This document shows positions 29,708 through 46,345 of a DNA stretch of 48,105 nt, in pieces. The DNA comes from Spirogloea muscicola. Lineage: Eukaryota. The notes under the pieces were generated by a model. That model was not told the DNA's origin. It saw nothing but the letters and a program-made list of their open reading frames with translations, and did not search any database. The stretch lies in contig WELB01000003.1 in the NCBI GenBank assembly GCA_009602725.1, forward strand, positions 537,457 to 585,561. The letters run 5' to 3'. Position 1 is the stretch's first letter; the number at the start of each line of letters is the position of its first letter. The translations under genes were made by a program, and so were the position numbers.

Positions 29708-32700
29708 ATTTTGGCGGAGAAGGGCCTGGAGACGGTGCGCGAGATCGTGGAGGGCGCCGCCGAGGGCGCCGCCGCCGGCCAGCCGGCGGCCGCCGAGAAG
29801 GCGCGCTGCCTTCCGCCCCCTTGCATGAGAATTTTGACTTAAGGGTCAAATCAGCTTCGGCCGCTCGGATGGCCGCCGGGCCTGTGCCTCTGCCGCGGAC
29901 TGCAGTCGGCCCAAGGTTCAGGAATTAGGATCCGGGCTTCAATATTGAATTACTTCCCAAATTCCCACACCCCAGTACAGCCCGTTGATTCAAAGCCGCA
30001 GCTTTAAAGCGTGCTGAATGGTGCTGACAAAATCCTAGCCTGGGGTTTCGGATCCCTCCTTTGCGGCGGCGGTACAGGTTGGGGACTTCTACCGCTGCGC
30101 CATGGACGTGGAGCGCATCGAGGCCGAGGGCTTGGCGCCGCTGGAGGGCCTCCTGCGCAACATCGATGGCGGCGTCACCAGCCGCCCCGCCCTCCTCGCG
30201 CTGCTGCACAAGAAGGTGGCTCCTGCTGGCAGTGCCGCCAGAGCAATACCTCCTAAGTCTCAAACCCTATACTTTCTATCCTAAACCTCGTTTCCTATGT
30301 CATCAGCTTCTTAGTGAGCTACTTGATGAAGATGTCAAAGATACATTTAGCCTGGCAGCAGTAGAGCTGACGACGATCGCGGCTGGCCGGCGGGGCGGCG
30401 GCGCTTGCAGCTGTTTGGGCCTGGGTTCTTCGGCCGGCCGCAGCCGCTCTTCTCCATCTCTGATGGGCCCGACTCCAAGCGCAGCTCCTGGAGCATCCTC
30501 CAGCTCAACGCCGACGGCCTCGGCCTGCCCGACCGCGACTACTACTTCGCCGAAGAGAAGGCCTCCATTCGCGAGCAGTATGCCGCGCACCTCGAGAAGA
30601 TCTTCAGGCTGCTTGGCGATGACGAGGATGCTGCCAAGGTGCACATTGCTGCTAAATGGGGTGCAGCAAGCGATTGCCGAGCAGCACGCTCGACGGTATC
30701 CAATGCAGAGAATTTTTGAGCCTGACCGAAAGTCAGATGATGAGCTCGGCTATTGAGAATTGCTCATGTGCAGGAGAATGCAACAGGTGTGTTTGCCTTT
30801 GAGACGGAGCTGGCGCACAACCACCTGACAAAGGTGGAGCGGCGGGACCAGGACCGCGTGTACAACAAGCGCACGCCGACCGAGCTCGCGGAGCTCAGCC
30901 CCAAGTTTGACTTTGCCGCTTACTTCAGGTACTCATGACAGCCTCGGTCTCTCTGCCATATACCCACACCCTCGAAGCCATGGGCAGTCCGAGGTGGGAT
31001 TTCGTATGCTTAGCTCCTTACTTCCTCGCTTCCATGACAATGTGGAAGCAGCTATGTGCTCAGCTCGACGGCTGGGCCCCTTGGTATTGGCAGGGAGCAC
31101 GGCATAGACCCGCCAGAGCTCAATGTGGAGCAGCCGGCATATATCTCGGCAATGGGGGAGGCCGTCAGCGAGCTATCTGATGCAACTTGGTGCGCTTACC
31201 TGCGGTGGTTCCTAGTCCGGGGCACGTCGGAGCTGGTGATGTGCAGAGCCCCTCCCACTTGCCGTACACCCAAGGCCCTTGAAACCCATGGTTGTTTTGT
31301 GGATGCTCATTGTGCATTTCCTTGGCTGTGCTTGACCTGTTGGACGTGACACTGCTGAGCTCAACTTGTATCTGTATTAGACCTCTATAAGTTCTACATG
31401 CTGATCATCAAATCTGCTACCTATCGCATGGCGATTCTTATATGTCCTCTATCTGTGCGTGGCGGTTGCGCAGCTTCCAGACGTCTTCGTGCAAGCAGAC
31501 TTTGAGTTCTATGGTCAGGTCCTGACGGGGCAGCCCGAGATCAAGCCCCGCTGGAAGCGCACCCTCGCTGTGCTCGACAAGGCCCTAGGCGAGGCGGTCG
31601 GCGAGATGTACGTCCAGAAGGTGAGGGCCAGCAGCGCCGCTTATCTTGCCCTCACACCACAGCTCCCTCATGCTTGACCCTGTTGATTATATCATTTGGT
31701 ATACAGTCTTCACTGGCAAAGCAGGGCTGTGTCAGGTATTTCCGCCAGAGGCCAAGTCAAGGGCGATGGCTATCGTGGACTCAGTCACGGACGCGCTCCG
31801 GGAGCGGCTTCAGGAGCTGCGGTGGATGACTGAGGAGACTAAGCAGCGGGCACTAGAGAAGCTGTCCACGTTCCGCGTGAAAATTGGGTACCCCGACAAA
31901 TTCATTGACTACTCCGACCTCCAGGTGGGCCGACGACATACACTTCTGGCAGAAAAGGATGGTGTGTGCGCTGCACTGGGCATCTATGTCCTGTGCAAGC
32001 TGATGCAGAAGGGCCTCAAGCACAGCATCGTCACAACCAATGAAAAACACAATGGCCTTGCCTTACGATGTCTGCACAGCAAAGGATGTTAAGATAGACA
32101 GCGCACTCTGGGGAGGGGCGGTGATTGAAAGTCTGTATGGTGCTCAGGTGAAGGGCATGTCGTACGTGGAGATGGGAATGGCTGGCAGCAGCTTCCACTT
32201 GGCGCGATGCCTGGCACGGATCGACAGGCCGGTCGATCGCTCGCGGTGGCTCATGACGCCGCAGACGGTGAATGCGTACTACCACCCCAAGCTAAACGAG
32301 ATCGTCTTCCCAGCTGCCATCCTGCAGTTCCCATTTTTCGACCCAACATCAGATGACGCCGTCAATTACGGCGCCATGGGCACGGTCGTGGGGCATGAGA
32401 TGACACATGGTGGGCGCTGCCGCGAGAAACTTGTGGGCCATTGGAGATGCACGAGTTGATGTCACTGCTGCCATCTATAGCGTGCGACTTTGGGCCATGA
32501 CAGTTGCACAGAAGAAGCTATGCCCAGTAGTTGCAGTCAACCTCCTGGAATCGTTGTCTTTGCTGTCCTATTCAAATTGATATGTTGCGCATTCTTTGAA
32601 TCCCTACTGGTGCAGTATTGGCACCTCACTGTCACCGTGCTGATGTTGCATACTGATGGCCCCATCTATGCTCCATACCACAGGTTATGATGACCAAGGG

Positions 32701-33758
32701 CGCAAATTTGACGCAGAGGTGAGCTCCCAAGCTGAAATTTGAGAGAGAGCGGTTGACAGGGCTGGGATCGCTAGGCTTGCATTTCGTAGAGCTGCTGAGT
32801 TCACGCAGTCCGTTGCTCGACTGTTGATCATCTTGCAATTGCAAGCTTCGTGTGGCTTATCAACCTCATTGGTGTGTAGACCTGACGGCCTGTGTAGCAC
32901 ATGGTTGGCAGGGTAACCTCCAGGACTGGTGGCAGCCGGAGGACGCCACTGAGTTCAAGGGACGTGCAAAGGTGATCCAGGACCAGTTCTCGGCGTACAC
33001 TGTGCACGGGCACAATGTCAATGGCGACCTGACACAAGGCGAGAACATTGCCGACCTCGGCGGCGTGAAGCTGGCCTTTGCTGCTTTCCAGAAGTCCAGA
33101 AAGGTGCGCATATGAAGTGCTCAATGTGCTTAGAAGATAACTGGATTCTCTAGACGAGGCCAAAGATGTGCAGGGAATGGTACACGTAGTGGTCCTGACT
33201 GTAGAATGTGTGAAAGATACATTGCTTCAATGATACTTAACATACCTCACACCACACTTCCAGTGATGACAGCCTGCAGTGACTACCCTCTTAGGACCAT
33301 GTTATCTTGCGTCGTAAGCTGCTGCTGAAGTCAAGCGCGCTGTGCAGGCTTATGGCACGATGGAGGTCAACGCGCCAGCCAATGGCAAGGAGGTCGAGGA
33401 GGCCGAGGGCAGGAGCTTCACGCCCGAGCAGCGCTTTTTCCTGTCGGTGGCACAGATCTGGCGTTGCAACACGCGCGAGGCAGAGGCTCTGCGGCGCCTC
33501 ACAATCGACCCCCATGCCCCTCCACCTTTGCGCTGCAACGGTTAGCCAAGCGCACTAGCCCATGTCTGGAAGGTCTTGTGCTAGTTGCCATATCAGGGTC
33601 ACAAAAGCGTCAGAACATCCAGGAGGGATGAGTAACTGGGTTTTGCGGTTGTATGCCCAGGTCCGCTATCCAACATCGACGACTTTCTGACGGCGTTTGA
33701 CATCAAGGAGGGCGATCCCATGTACCGCAGCGGAGACCTGCGTGTTGACATCTGGTGA
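29708..33758 (+). CDS. M13 family zinc metalloendopeptidase (neprilysin/PepO-like), multi-exon; N-terminal exon(s) missing
   Basis: KVGDFYRCAMD, GLGLPDRDYY, KIGYPDKF, WLMTPQTVNAYYHPKLNEIVFPAAILQFPFF, GTVVGHEMTHGYDDQG (HExxH), TQGENIADLGG, DPHAP..RCNGPLSNID, C-terminal RVDIW*. Confidence 0.93.
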
Positions 33759-34964
33759 TTGCAATGGCTTCCGTGGCAATGTCATTATCAACGCTTTTAA
33801 TCCTTGCAATTTAAAGGAGACAGTTGCTCCGTCCATTTACCCTTGATGAGCTTCACCTATTTTAGTATTTGCAATCGTGTACATATATGTTGGGAATGCT
33901 TGAGCCACAAGAACGGATGTTCTTGTCCTCGCCAACAGCAGTAAGCAATAGCTGGTTGATACAGCCAGACAGCCTTATAAATATTTATACGACTATAAGT
34001 ACTATCCCCACTTGTATAAGACAGGTGACTACTAGACATGAAGTAGAGAACATGTTGCCCGCTGCTGGCATCGGGGGCTCTGTTATGGCTGAGATCACAC
34101 ATGGCATCAATCATGGATCAAGCATGAGCTGGCCTGGAAGGTAATTGAGAGGACAATTCTAAGATCGGAACCTGCACTCTATCTTCCAAGTGGATGAATA
34201 GCTCGCAAATCTCAGAGGCTGCAGATGCTTTAGGAGTGTATGTATTATGCGGTAAGGAGGATATATAAGTGATCCCAATGATGGGAGACCGTGTTTTACA
34301 CATTGGTCCGCTGGAGCGGCTTTATTACAGAGGAGCAATGGCAGCTGCAGCTGGTATTGGCAGGGGTGACAGCGGCTGCAGACGCAGTGGCTGTAATTCC
34401 TACGGCAGAAGGCAGCACGAGAGCGGCAGCAGCGCCAGCCCAAGGGCACGGCGGCGTGGGCGGCAATGGGCACAAGAAGGCGAACCTTTCCCAATACGGC
34501 GATGGCTGTGAAAGGCCAGCCCAGATGGTATGGACAAGGTCCCAATGAGCCAGAAGGCGTCAACCATGCAGCTACGCAAGTGGCTACGTTAAATGGGGCC
34601 TCAGTAGATACAACCCCTACCAAACAGCTGCACGTCAACCAGAGGTGCGGTCAGGTCCACATATTTTATGTGGGCTGGCTTTCACCAGTCGCTGGGCCCA
34701 TATAGCAGACGTGCTGATCACCACGGCAGTGGCGGCCGAGTCCTTGACACTGAGCCGCTACTTACGTGGTATGTCTGTCGATCTCAGCGCGGGCAGAGGA
34801 GCCCATCGAGTTCCTGCAGCCATAAACTAGCCGTCGCTTTCACGCCATCGCAGCCACAATCCTGTCATGGGCCACTGAGGGCAGAGGGCGGCCACCAGCC
34901 GTGTGGCCATGCAGCGCCCGCCGCGTTGCTCAGCTCAGCTCTTCGCCCTCAGCCCAATGCGGCG

Positions 34965-39120
<4,156 letters not shown>

Positions 39121-39393
39121 ACATCTATCCCATGGACTCTATCAACTCTCTCTCCTGAGCATACACCATTTTTTGCCTTGCTGAACACCACCTGGGGTAA
39201 TTTGCTCAACTTATAGCAAGGTGTTATACTAGCAAACGATCCAAAGCAACACCAGAGGGAAGGTCACTATAGGGACTATCAGAGCACCTTTGCTTAGCAA
39301 TTTCAGCACTCTTGTTTCATAAGCTTGTAGGGCACGCATCAATTGGACGTAATTAGGATAATATGTGCCTGTGAGCACAGGAAGAGGAAGTAC

Positions 39394-39527
39394 AAGCAAT
39401 TACAGCAGCAGAAGCAGTCAGGAGGGAAAGCATTCTGGCGAGCCAAGAAAAGGAAGCAGAAGCAATTACAGCAGCAGAAGCAGTCAGGAGGGAAAGCTTT
39501 CTGGCGAGCCAAGGAAAAGAAGCAGAA
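39394..39527. repeat. 66-bp tandem duplication (AAGCAATTACAGCAGCAGAAGCAGTCAGGAGGGAAAGC..CTGGCGAGCCAAG..) between the TGS1 and USP 3' ends
   Basis: Two near-identical copies start at 39394 and 39460. Confidence 0.9.
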
Positions 39528-40076
39528 AGCCAGGTGGGCAAGATCATTGACCACTTGTACAGACGAAACGAAAGCGTGGCCTTTCATCTTTTGAAGTTAC
39601 TCTAGCTCCTATTCATGAGGCTGATTGGCGTTGTTCCGCAATATCTTTCGTCTGCACTTTGGACTGCATCCTTGACACACGGGGGTTTGCATTGAAGTAT
39701 CACTGAGCAGTCGTATTTGAGCAGTCCAGTCAATCTTGACTCTGCTGTCAATAGCACAGGTTGGCCACTGACAGTCACCAGCTGTCATTCAGACCAAGGT
39801 GACCACCAGAACTGCAAAGGCTCTCAGTTCCTCAAAGTGGTGGCTCAACAGAATTCTGACCTGGGGGCTACTTAGCAGCAAGTAACCAGCAGACAAGATA
39901 ATGTTACTGTGACAAAGCCTTTCCAGGCAGCCTTATGAGGATATCACCACTTTCTGTGGCATTCTCCTGGAGCTGCTGTCTATGTTGCATAATACAAGTG
40001 TCTCAGAAAGGGTGTCTATGAAGTCCACACTGCATACGTGCTGCTTGTCATTCACTATGCAGTCACGTCCCTTCAA

Positions 40077-42673
40077 TCAGACATCCTTTGTCTGCATGGG
40101 GTCTGGCTCAGTGACACCAGTATCAGACTTGGGCATCTTGGCCACAACCAGGGGGCAAGGGCTGTTGTGGGCCAAGTAATCGCTCACACTTCCAAGGAAT
40201 GTTCTGCACCCAACAAGAGCGTAGGACAGTGTGTAAGAGAGCAACTTGTTTGCTATGCTATCACTGCCTTCACTGCTGTTCTCCTGATCCACTTGCTGTA
40301 CACCCAAAGTAGCCAAATATAATTACCAAAAGCAGCAAGGGAAGACTTAAGCAGCGATGCAACATCGCTGTCTACCACACGTACCTGGCAACCATGCCCT
40401 TATTGTGTGTGCCTACAACAACCAGGTCAGCATTCATGGATACGAGCTCCTGAAGAACTCGCTCATCGCTGGGGCCAGGCACAACTTTGCCCTCCACCTT
40501 GAACTGGTACATCCGCAAGAAAGACCATGAGATCACATTCTTTTCATACAAAAGTCTCCCTCAGCAGAATGCAATCTGGAAGCAGCAGAGCTCAGCCAAC
40601 GGCTTATTGACATTGTTCCATGCTTTCCATCTGCCCAAAGTGATGAACACAGTACTCAAGGTCTATGTCCTTTCAGATTGACATTCACCAGCTGTGTGCA
40701 CCACCTTTGGTGCTAGGAGGAAACCATCAACTACACCTCAAGAACTCGTGGGCTTGGGAGTGCAAGCAGATGAGCTCAGGATTGCCTCCATCAAGAAGAG
40801 TCGTACTGACCTTGGACTCAGTCTCCTGTGCTCTACGCATGAACAGCTCCACAAGCTTCTCGCTTGCCTCAAGTGCTGCAACGTCCTCCTTGTTACTGCC
40901 ATCCACAGGCATATAGACCTCCTCCATTCCAAATTCTCCTGAACAGGAAAGTACATCGTCTGTTGCCTGCTGCTCTTGCGCTAATTGATGACATGAAAGG
41001 TGATGGTCATTCTGAGCTGAAAAATGACAGCAATAGTATGTATAGTATCTCGCATCATTGCAATGACCAGTCCTATGCTTGCTGCTCACAAAACTTCTTG
41101 CAAGGCAAGGTAGTGTGCAAACCCTCAAGGCAGATACCAGACCTGTACCAATTGTTGTGGTTGCTGAAGTGCCGGGCTCTTGGACGTGCAGGACAACAAT
41201 TGCGTCCTCTTCTGTAGCTATATTTTGAAGACACCAGGTGAATGCATACAAAGCCTGGGTGTGCGTGACACGGCAGATACGTAAGGGCTCACAATTTTTA
41301 CTCTTCACTGATTGCCCGTGACAGAGGACGTACTCCTCTACTTCATTGAGCTCACCAGGCATACAGAGGAAGGGCATTGAGAGGCAACTCTGACTTACCT
41401 CCTTCGAGTTGTCAACCGCAACAACAATCTTCCTGGGCTTTCCGGCCATATCGACGACGTCCTGGGCCGTCTTCTCCGCCGAGTGCCTTACGATAATAAC
41501 GGGCTGCTCGCAGTTATGGAGCACGTAATCGCTAGTGGTCCCCACAAGTGTCCTGGCCAACACGTTATAGTAGTATTTGAGCTCTTGTGAGAAACATGTT
41601 CAATGAATCAGAAAATTTCTTCCAGATTCTTGATCTGTATACGATGCTTATTCAACAGCAACATAGTCGAGTCTTTTCTGCAGCCCTACGCAGCTTCCAT
41701 TGTGCAGTCCGCAGCCACACCTCTTGAGGAGGCCATGATCTCCAGTTCCAACAATGACGGCGTCTGCCCCGATTCTGGAGGCCTCGGCCACAATCCAGGA
41801 GCCCGAGTCTCCTTTTGTCACCTCACCAGTCGCTGCAATCTGCATATGGCGATACGGCTATTTGAGTTGGTCAAGGCTGGCACTGTAAGAGGTCCCAGCT
41901 GAACACCAACAAACAATGTAGGCCTCTCGGATGGCTGTAGTTTTACCATTGAACGCACAAGCAATTACTTGTTAAAAAGGATAACCTCTGCAGCTTGATG
42001 CATCTGTACTTACTCATTTCTTATGCGCTTTGAATGCCAGCCCTTACCTTCGCCTGCTCGCAGAGCTGCAGGTACTTGTTGACAACAGACCTGGATGCAT
42101 CATCCGCCTTCCTATCCACGGCTTCAGTCTCGACCGGGGCTGTGGTGAGAGGAACCGCATATTCTGCAGGTCGAGAACGGTCGCTGAGAAGAGCAGGACT
42201 AATACCAGCTAATGGGCTTCTGAGTCCATCTTCTGAAGGAGACATGTGCAGTAACGCCAGGCACAGAGGCCATGTACTCGGAGAAACTGCGATATGACGA
42301 GATATCGTGGTGCCTGACTGACAATGCAGTCCGGCCAGATAAGCTACATCGCGAGGAACATCACAAGAACAGCCTCAGCAGGTATGTCCCGTCCGGTTTG
42401 TGGCAAACTGAAAGGTCCTCGGGTGGACAGTTCCTCTGGGAGTGTGGCAAACTAGTGGGGTTCCGCTGCTAGCTGCAAGCAGTGGCCGGACCAGGAATGA
42501 CCTCCGGCACTGGCGGCCTCGACGCTGGGGAAGTCGCCGGCGGCGTGCTCCTGGGAGGTGAGCACCAGGACGTGGTCGTCGGCGCGAAACAGGTTGGTGA
42601 TGGACCACGTGAAGGCGAAGGCCGAGGCCTCGCTCGCCGTCACGGCTGCCACGAACTTGCGCCCCGACGCCAT
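40077..42673 (-). CDS. Universal stress protein with two tandem USP domains, multi-exon
   Basis: Domain 1: RKFVAAVTASEASAFAFTW...GDSGSWIVAEASRIGADAVIVGTGDHGLLKRTLVGTTSDYVLHNCEQPVIIVR. Domain 2: RKIVVAVDNSKEALYAFTW...ADLVVVGTHNKGMVARTFLGSVSDYLAHNSPCPLVVAK. Confidence 0.92.
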
Positions 42674-42930
42674 GGCGGTCGGCTGCGCTCCCGACGCGGC
42701 GCGGCTCTTGCGGCGGCTCCTGCGGCGGCACTTGCGGCGGCTCTGGCGGCGGCTCTTGCGCCGGTTGAGGAGGAACGGAGGCTCGGCTGGGCAGCGCCGG
42801 TCGGGACGCCAACCGCCGTTAGCGGCTGATGGATTCCGACGAGTATGGATGATACCTGCCGCTTTGCAACGACCACTGCCGCCCCCTTCCCAGCCAAGGC
42901 CCGATGACAGAAATGATTACTCGTGAGGCC

Positions 42931-42950
42931 CAATGTGAGGCCTCACATTG
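42931..42950. repeat. Perfect 20-bp palindrome CAATGTGAGGCCTCACATTG upstream of the USP gene
   Basis: Self-complementarity read directly. Confidence 0.9.
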
Positions 42951-43339
42951 CCCGAGGGCAACCGTTTTGACAGCTCTGATGACAGAATGTAAGTCATATG
43001 AAAAGGGGCGAGTGCTGTGAAAAGAAGTAGTGGCACTCCCCAATGGGTGCAATGGCTGTGAAAAGCCAGCGTCAGAGGAGTTGAAGGTCCGAAGGGCCGA
43101 AAAAGCGCAGAAATTATCACCAGGCCATGCTCCTCATTGTTGCACCTTTGTGTTGGTGCTTCCTTTTGTGGTACCTCCGGTGCCTGTGCGTGGAGCCGGG
43201 CGACACGTGGCGTGCCTTTCTTGTACCACTTGGCGTCCGCCATCTGGCATAAGGTTTTTGTTAAGTTTCACAGCCCTTGCCCCCGCTAGGAGTGCCACTT
43301 CTTGTTTTGTTAAGTGGCTGGCTTTCAATCTTGCGCTTC

Positions 43340-43560
43340 CTGGCCCCTTCGTGACCTGTTCCGCAGGTGGGGCGAGCAGGCCGATTTCAAAGCGGGTCGC
43401 TACGCAGGCGTTTCGCATGCTCCTGTCCATCACCCTCCAGCGGTCCATGGCCCAAGCCTTGCATCTGCGTGCTGGCCGTGCTCTAGCGGCAGCCTCTGGC
43501 TTTGGTCAAGGGATTGCTTTTTGGCTTCCGTGGTGGTGGTGGTTTGGCGCCTCAGTATAG
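43340..43560 (+). mobile_element. Second RLE-type non-LTR retrotransposon C-terminal remnant, flanked by copies of the dispersed repeat
   Basis: FRMLLSITLQRSMAQALHLRAGRAL aligns with LRRRVSACLQRAQANASHLNAGRAL of the 1014-1466 remnant. Confidence 0.6.
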
Positions 43561-44263
43561 CATGTCAGATATGCATGTGCTCACTCGGGAATATCAGTGT
43601 CGCCCTTAGCCAGCTCTTTACCCAGTTAACAGGACATTTGTAAGGCTAGAACTGGCCTCCCTTTTTGTTTCATGCGCACCGCGCACCTTCTCTCTTTTTG
43701 TCCGTCACAGCCATCGCCTAAACTGGAAGAGTCTTCCTTCCTTTCCGGCAGCCAGTCTTTCTGACTTGCGGCTCCTAACCAGAAGCTCCTACCAAGTGTT
43801 TTTCGTACAAGGCAAGCTTTGAGAATGCGCTTCTCGGCCCCTTCGAACCTCGTCAATTCTTTTCGAGCTGGCTGTTCACAGCCCTCACCCCCTTTGGCAG
43901 AGCCACGTTGAGCTTGTCAACTCTTCGAAAGGGGCCGCAGAAATGCTGAACAACACACACACTCAGGGTCCTAGATGAATGTGTGATCAGTAACCCCTTG
44001 TTAGCAGCAGCAGGTCAGAGTAGCTTGCAGCTGCTTCTTCTTGCAGCTGCAGGCTCTTGCTGGCCTGACTAGCTATATGTTCCATGGGAGCAGCATTGGT
44101 TTGTCAGCAGAGCTCCTGATGCCACCAAAGTATAAAACTCCAGACAGGACCATGCTTGAGAAAATTCATCTTCAAGCCAGTCCCAGCAGCTTTTTCTGCG
44201 GCGGTGTCCGGCTAGTGTTGGCTTGTGCTTGCTTTGGAGGGTCAGCATTGCTCAGCACTCCTT

Positions 44264-45790
44264 ATGGTGTTTGCAAAGCACGTCACAGGCGGGCTTCCGC
44301 GCATGCTCGCAGGTTCAGCCAGTTGTAAAGGCAGCCAAGTCGCCAGCCTCATTGCGGCGGCTGTTCTCCTTGCCGCGCCGCTGCTGTTGTTGCGCCGCCT
44401 GGTGGCGCCCCCAGACGACCTCGGCGGGGCCACGCAGCAGGCATTGCGAAGTGACCATGGCGGCCCTCTGGGAGGCTTCCCGGGCCTGGCGTCGGAGCTG
44501 CCGCCCATCGCGTGCTGCGGCCACCGCGGCGCCCGCCGCCTTGCGCCTGAGAACACGCTCGCCGCTTTCGAGAGGGCGCTGCAGGCCAGCGCCTCCGCCT
44601 CCACACAGGCTTGTCGTAGTCCGCTGATCTGGTGGCCTTGTCAAGACGGTGCTGGCAATCGTGGGCACCGCTTGTGTCCTTTGCTTGGACGAGCTGGTGG
44701 CGCTTTCAGAAGGCAGGCGTTGGCCAAGTCGCCAACTTGCGCGAGCTGCCATGGATGCCGCAGGAGGGCGCCAACTGCTTCGAGCTCGACGTCCACCTGA
44801 CGCGAGAGGGGGAGCTCGCCGTCGTCCATGGCCGCACCCTGCGGGACCAGATCCTGCCCACGCAGGCGTCGCCGGGCAGTGGCGGCTGGACGCGCGCGGA
44901 GGACATGAGGCTGGCGGAGCTGCAGGCGCTGGACCCCAGTGCGCACTTTGTGGGCGCCGTCGCAAGCGGCGGCAATCGCATCCCCTCGTTGGGCGACGTC
45001 CTCCGGGCGTTCGCGGCGACGCCTGTGCTCGTTCTCGCGGAGCTCAAGATCGAGCCTCCGCTGCCGCCGCCCGTTGCTGCCATGGGCGACGGTCCTGCGG
45101 CCTCGGAAGACCTGCAGAGCCCTGCACAATGGCGGGCTCGGTTCGTCCAGTCCGTGCTGCGCTGCCTGGAGCAACGGCCTGCCCCCCTGCTCGCGCTCGT
45201 CTTTGCGTCCTTTGACCATGCACTGGTTGGCGAGCTTACTCACTCGATCCTGACAGAAGCAGCTGTGGTGGTGGCAACGAGCTCGGCGAGGCCTGCCACG
45301 GCGTTGTCAAGAGTTTTTGGTGAGCCCTGCATCTATGGTAACTTAGACTCAGGCTACTGCCACTGCCTCAATGCCTTTAGGCTGAGACATAAGATTGTAT
45401 CTAGGCTCCTGATGATGTTACACTGATCCCTGATGAAATGTGTGTGCCGTGCGGGACTTGCCAACAGGCACAGCATACATTATTGATCCTAGCCGCCCAG
45501 TGCCACCAGCCTCGATGGTACTCGACCCTGCTGTGAACTTCTTGGCGCCACACTATGCCAATGTGACTCAACTTGCTGCCATGTGGTCCGACGAGACCCA
45601 CCGCCGGGTGTGCTCTTGGGTCATTGATGACCCAGCAGTGATGGCACAGCAGGCAGCTGCCGGCATTCAATCAATCACGACCAATGATGTCACCCTTTGC
45701 CGCGGCCTCTGTGGCGGCTGCTGCCCGCCGCTCATTGGCAGACAATTCCCTCGGCAAGCCCAAGTCAGATGCAGAGCGCGTACAAAGTGA
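44264..45790 (+). CDS. Glycerophosphodiester phosphodiesterase (GDPD) with N-terminal hydrophobic anchor; 3 exons
   Basis: CGHRGARRLAPENTLAAFERALQ|EGANCFELDVHLTREGELAVVHG...RIPSLGDVL...LAELK...FASFDH...CSWVIDD...GIQSITTND. The start ATG could be 44264 or 44303. Confidence 0.9.
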
Positions 45791-46345
45791 CCTCTGTTGA
45801 CTTCGTGTAATTATAGCTTATTCAGCTCGTTGTAGTGTGGGAGTCATGAGCAAATCTAAGAACCCATTCTGACTCCACTGAGCTGCAATATTCAGTAGTA
45901 ATTTAATCCACTTGGTGACCACTAGAAGTTGCACGGTTAGCAGTTAAGCGGAAGATAAGGAGTCACTTAACTTACTTGATCCTATATATCCACTGTCGCT
46001 ATGGTCCATGGGTTCCATATGTAAGTATAAGAAGCCCATGACGCTTCACCTCGGGGAGGACCCTTCTGCCCAAACTGCTGCTACATCATCGTGCTAATGA
46101 CAGTATGCACGAATCAAAGATGCGGGGTGCGCCCTGCGAAGCAGCCCAGCAGATACGCCTCGGATGTTGACCAGCCATTCGGCGCTCAAGCAGCGGCGGC
46201 CAAGTCAGATCCTGTTGCAGTGCCCTCGGCAAGGGCTCCTCTCTTGCTGCCGCCGCCAATGTGGCTGCTCCTCCATCACATGCCGGCATCTTGTGGCAAC
46301 GGTGCCAAAGGAAAGCTGAGGTGGAGCACCAGCCGCCAGCTTGGA

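Noticed and set aside
21619..33758. Bacterial contamination or prokaryotic operon explaining yicC, the histidine kinase and pepO
   Set aside because: All three genes are split by spliceosomal introns and interleaved with core eukaryotic genes.
34250..34560. Gag-like zinc-knuckle remnant (GGNGHKKAN)
   Set aside because: The cysteines are absent and similarity is too weak to call.
39343..39594. Lys/Gln-rich repetitive ORF or CRISPR-like repeat
   Set aside because: Simply a 66-bp tandem duplication with no spacers. There are no cas genes and the context is eukaryotic.
42976..43004. CTGATGA...GAAA as a canonical hammerhead
   Set aside because: No stem II closes between the two core segments.
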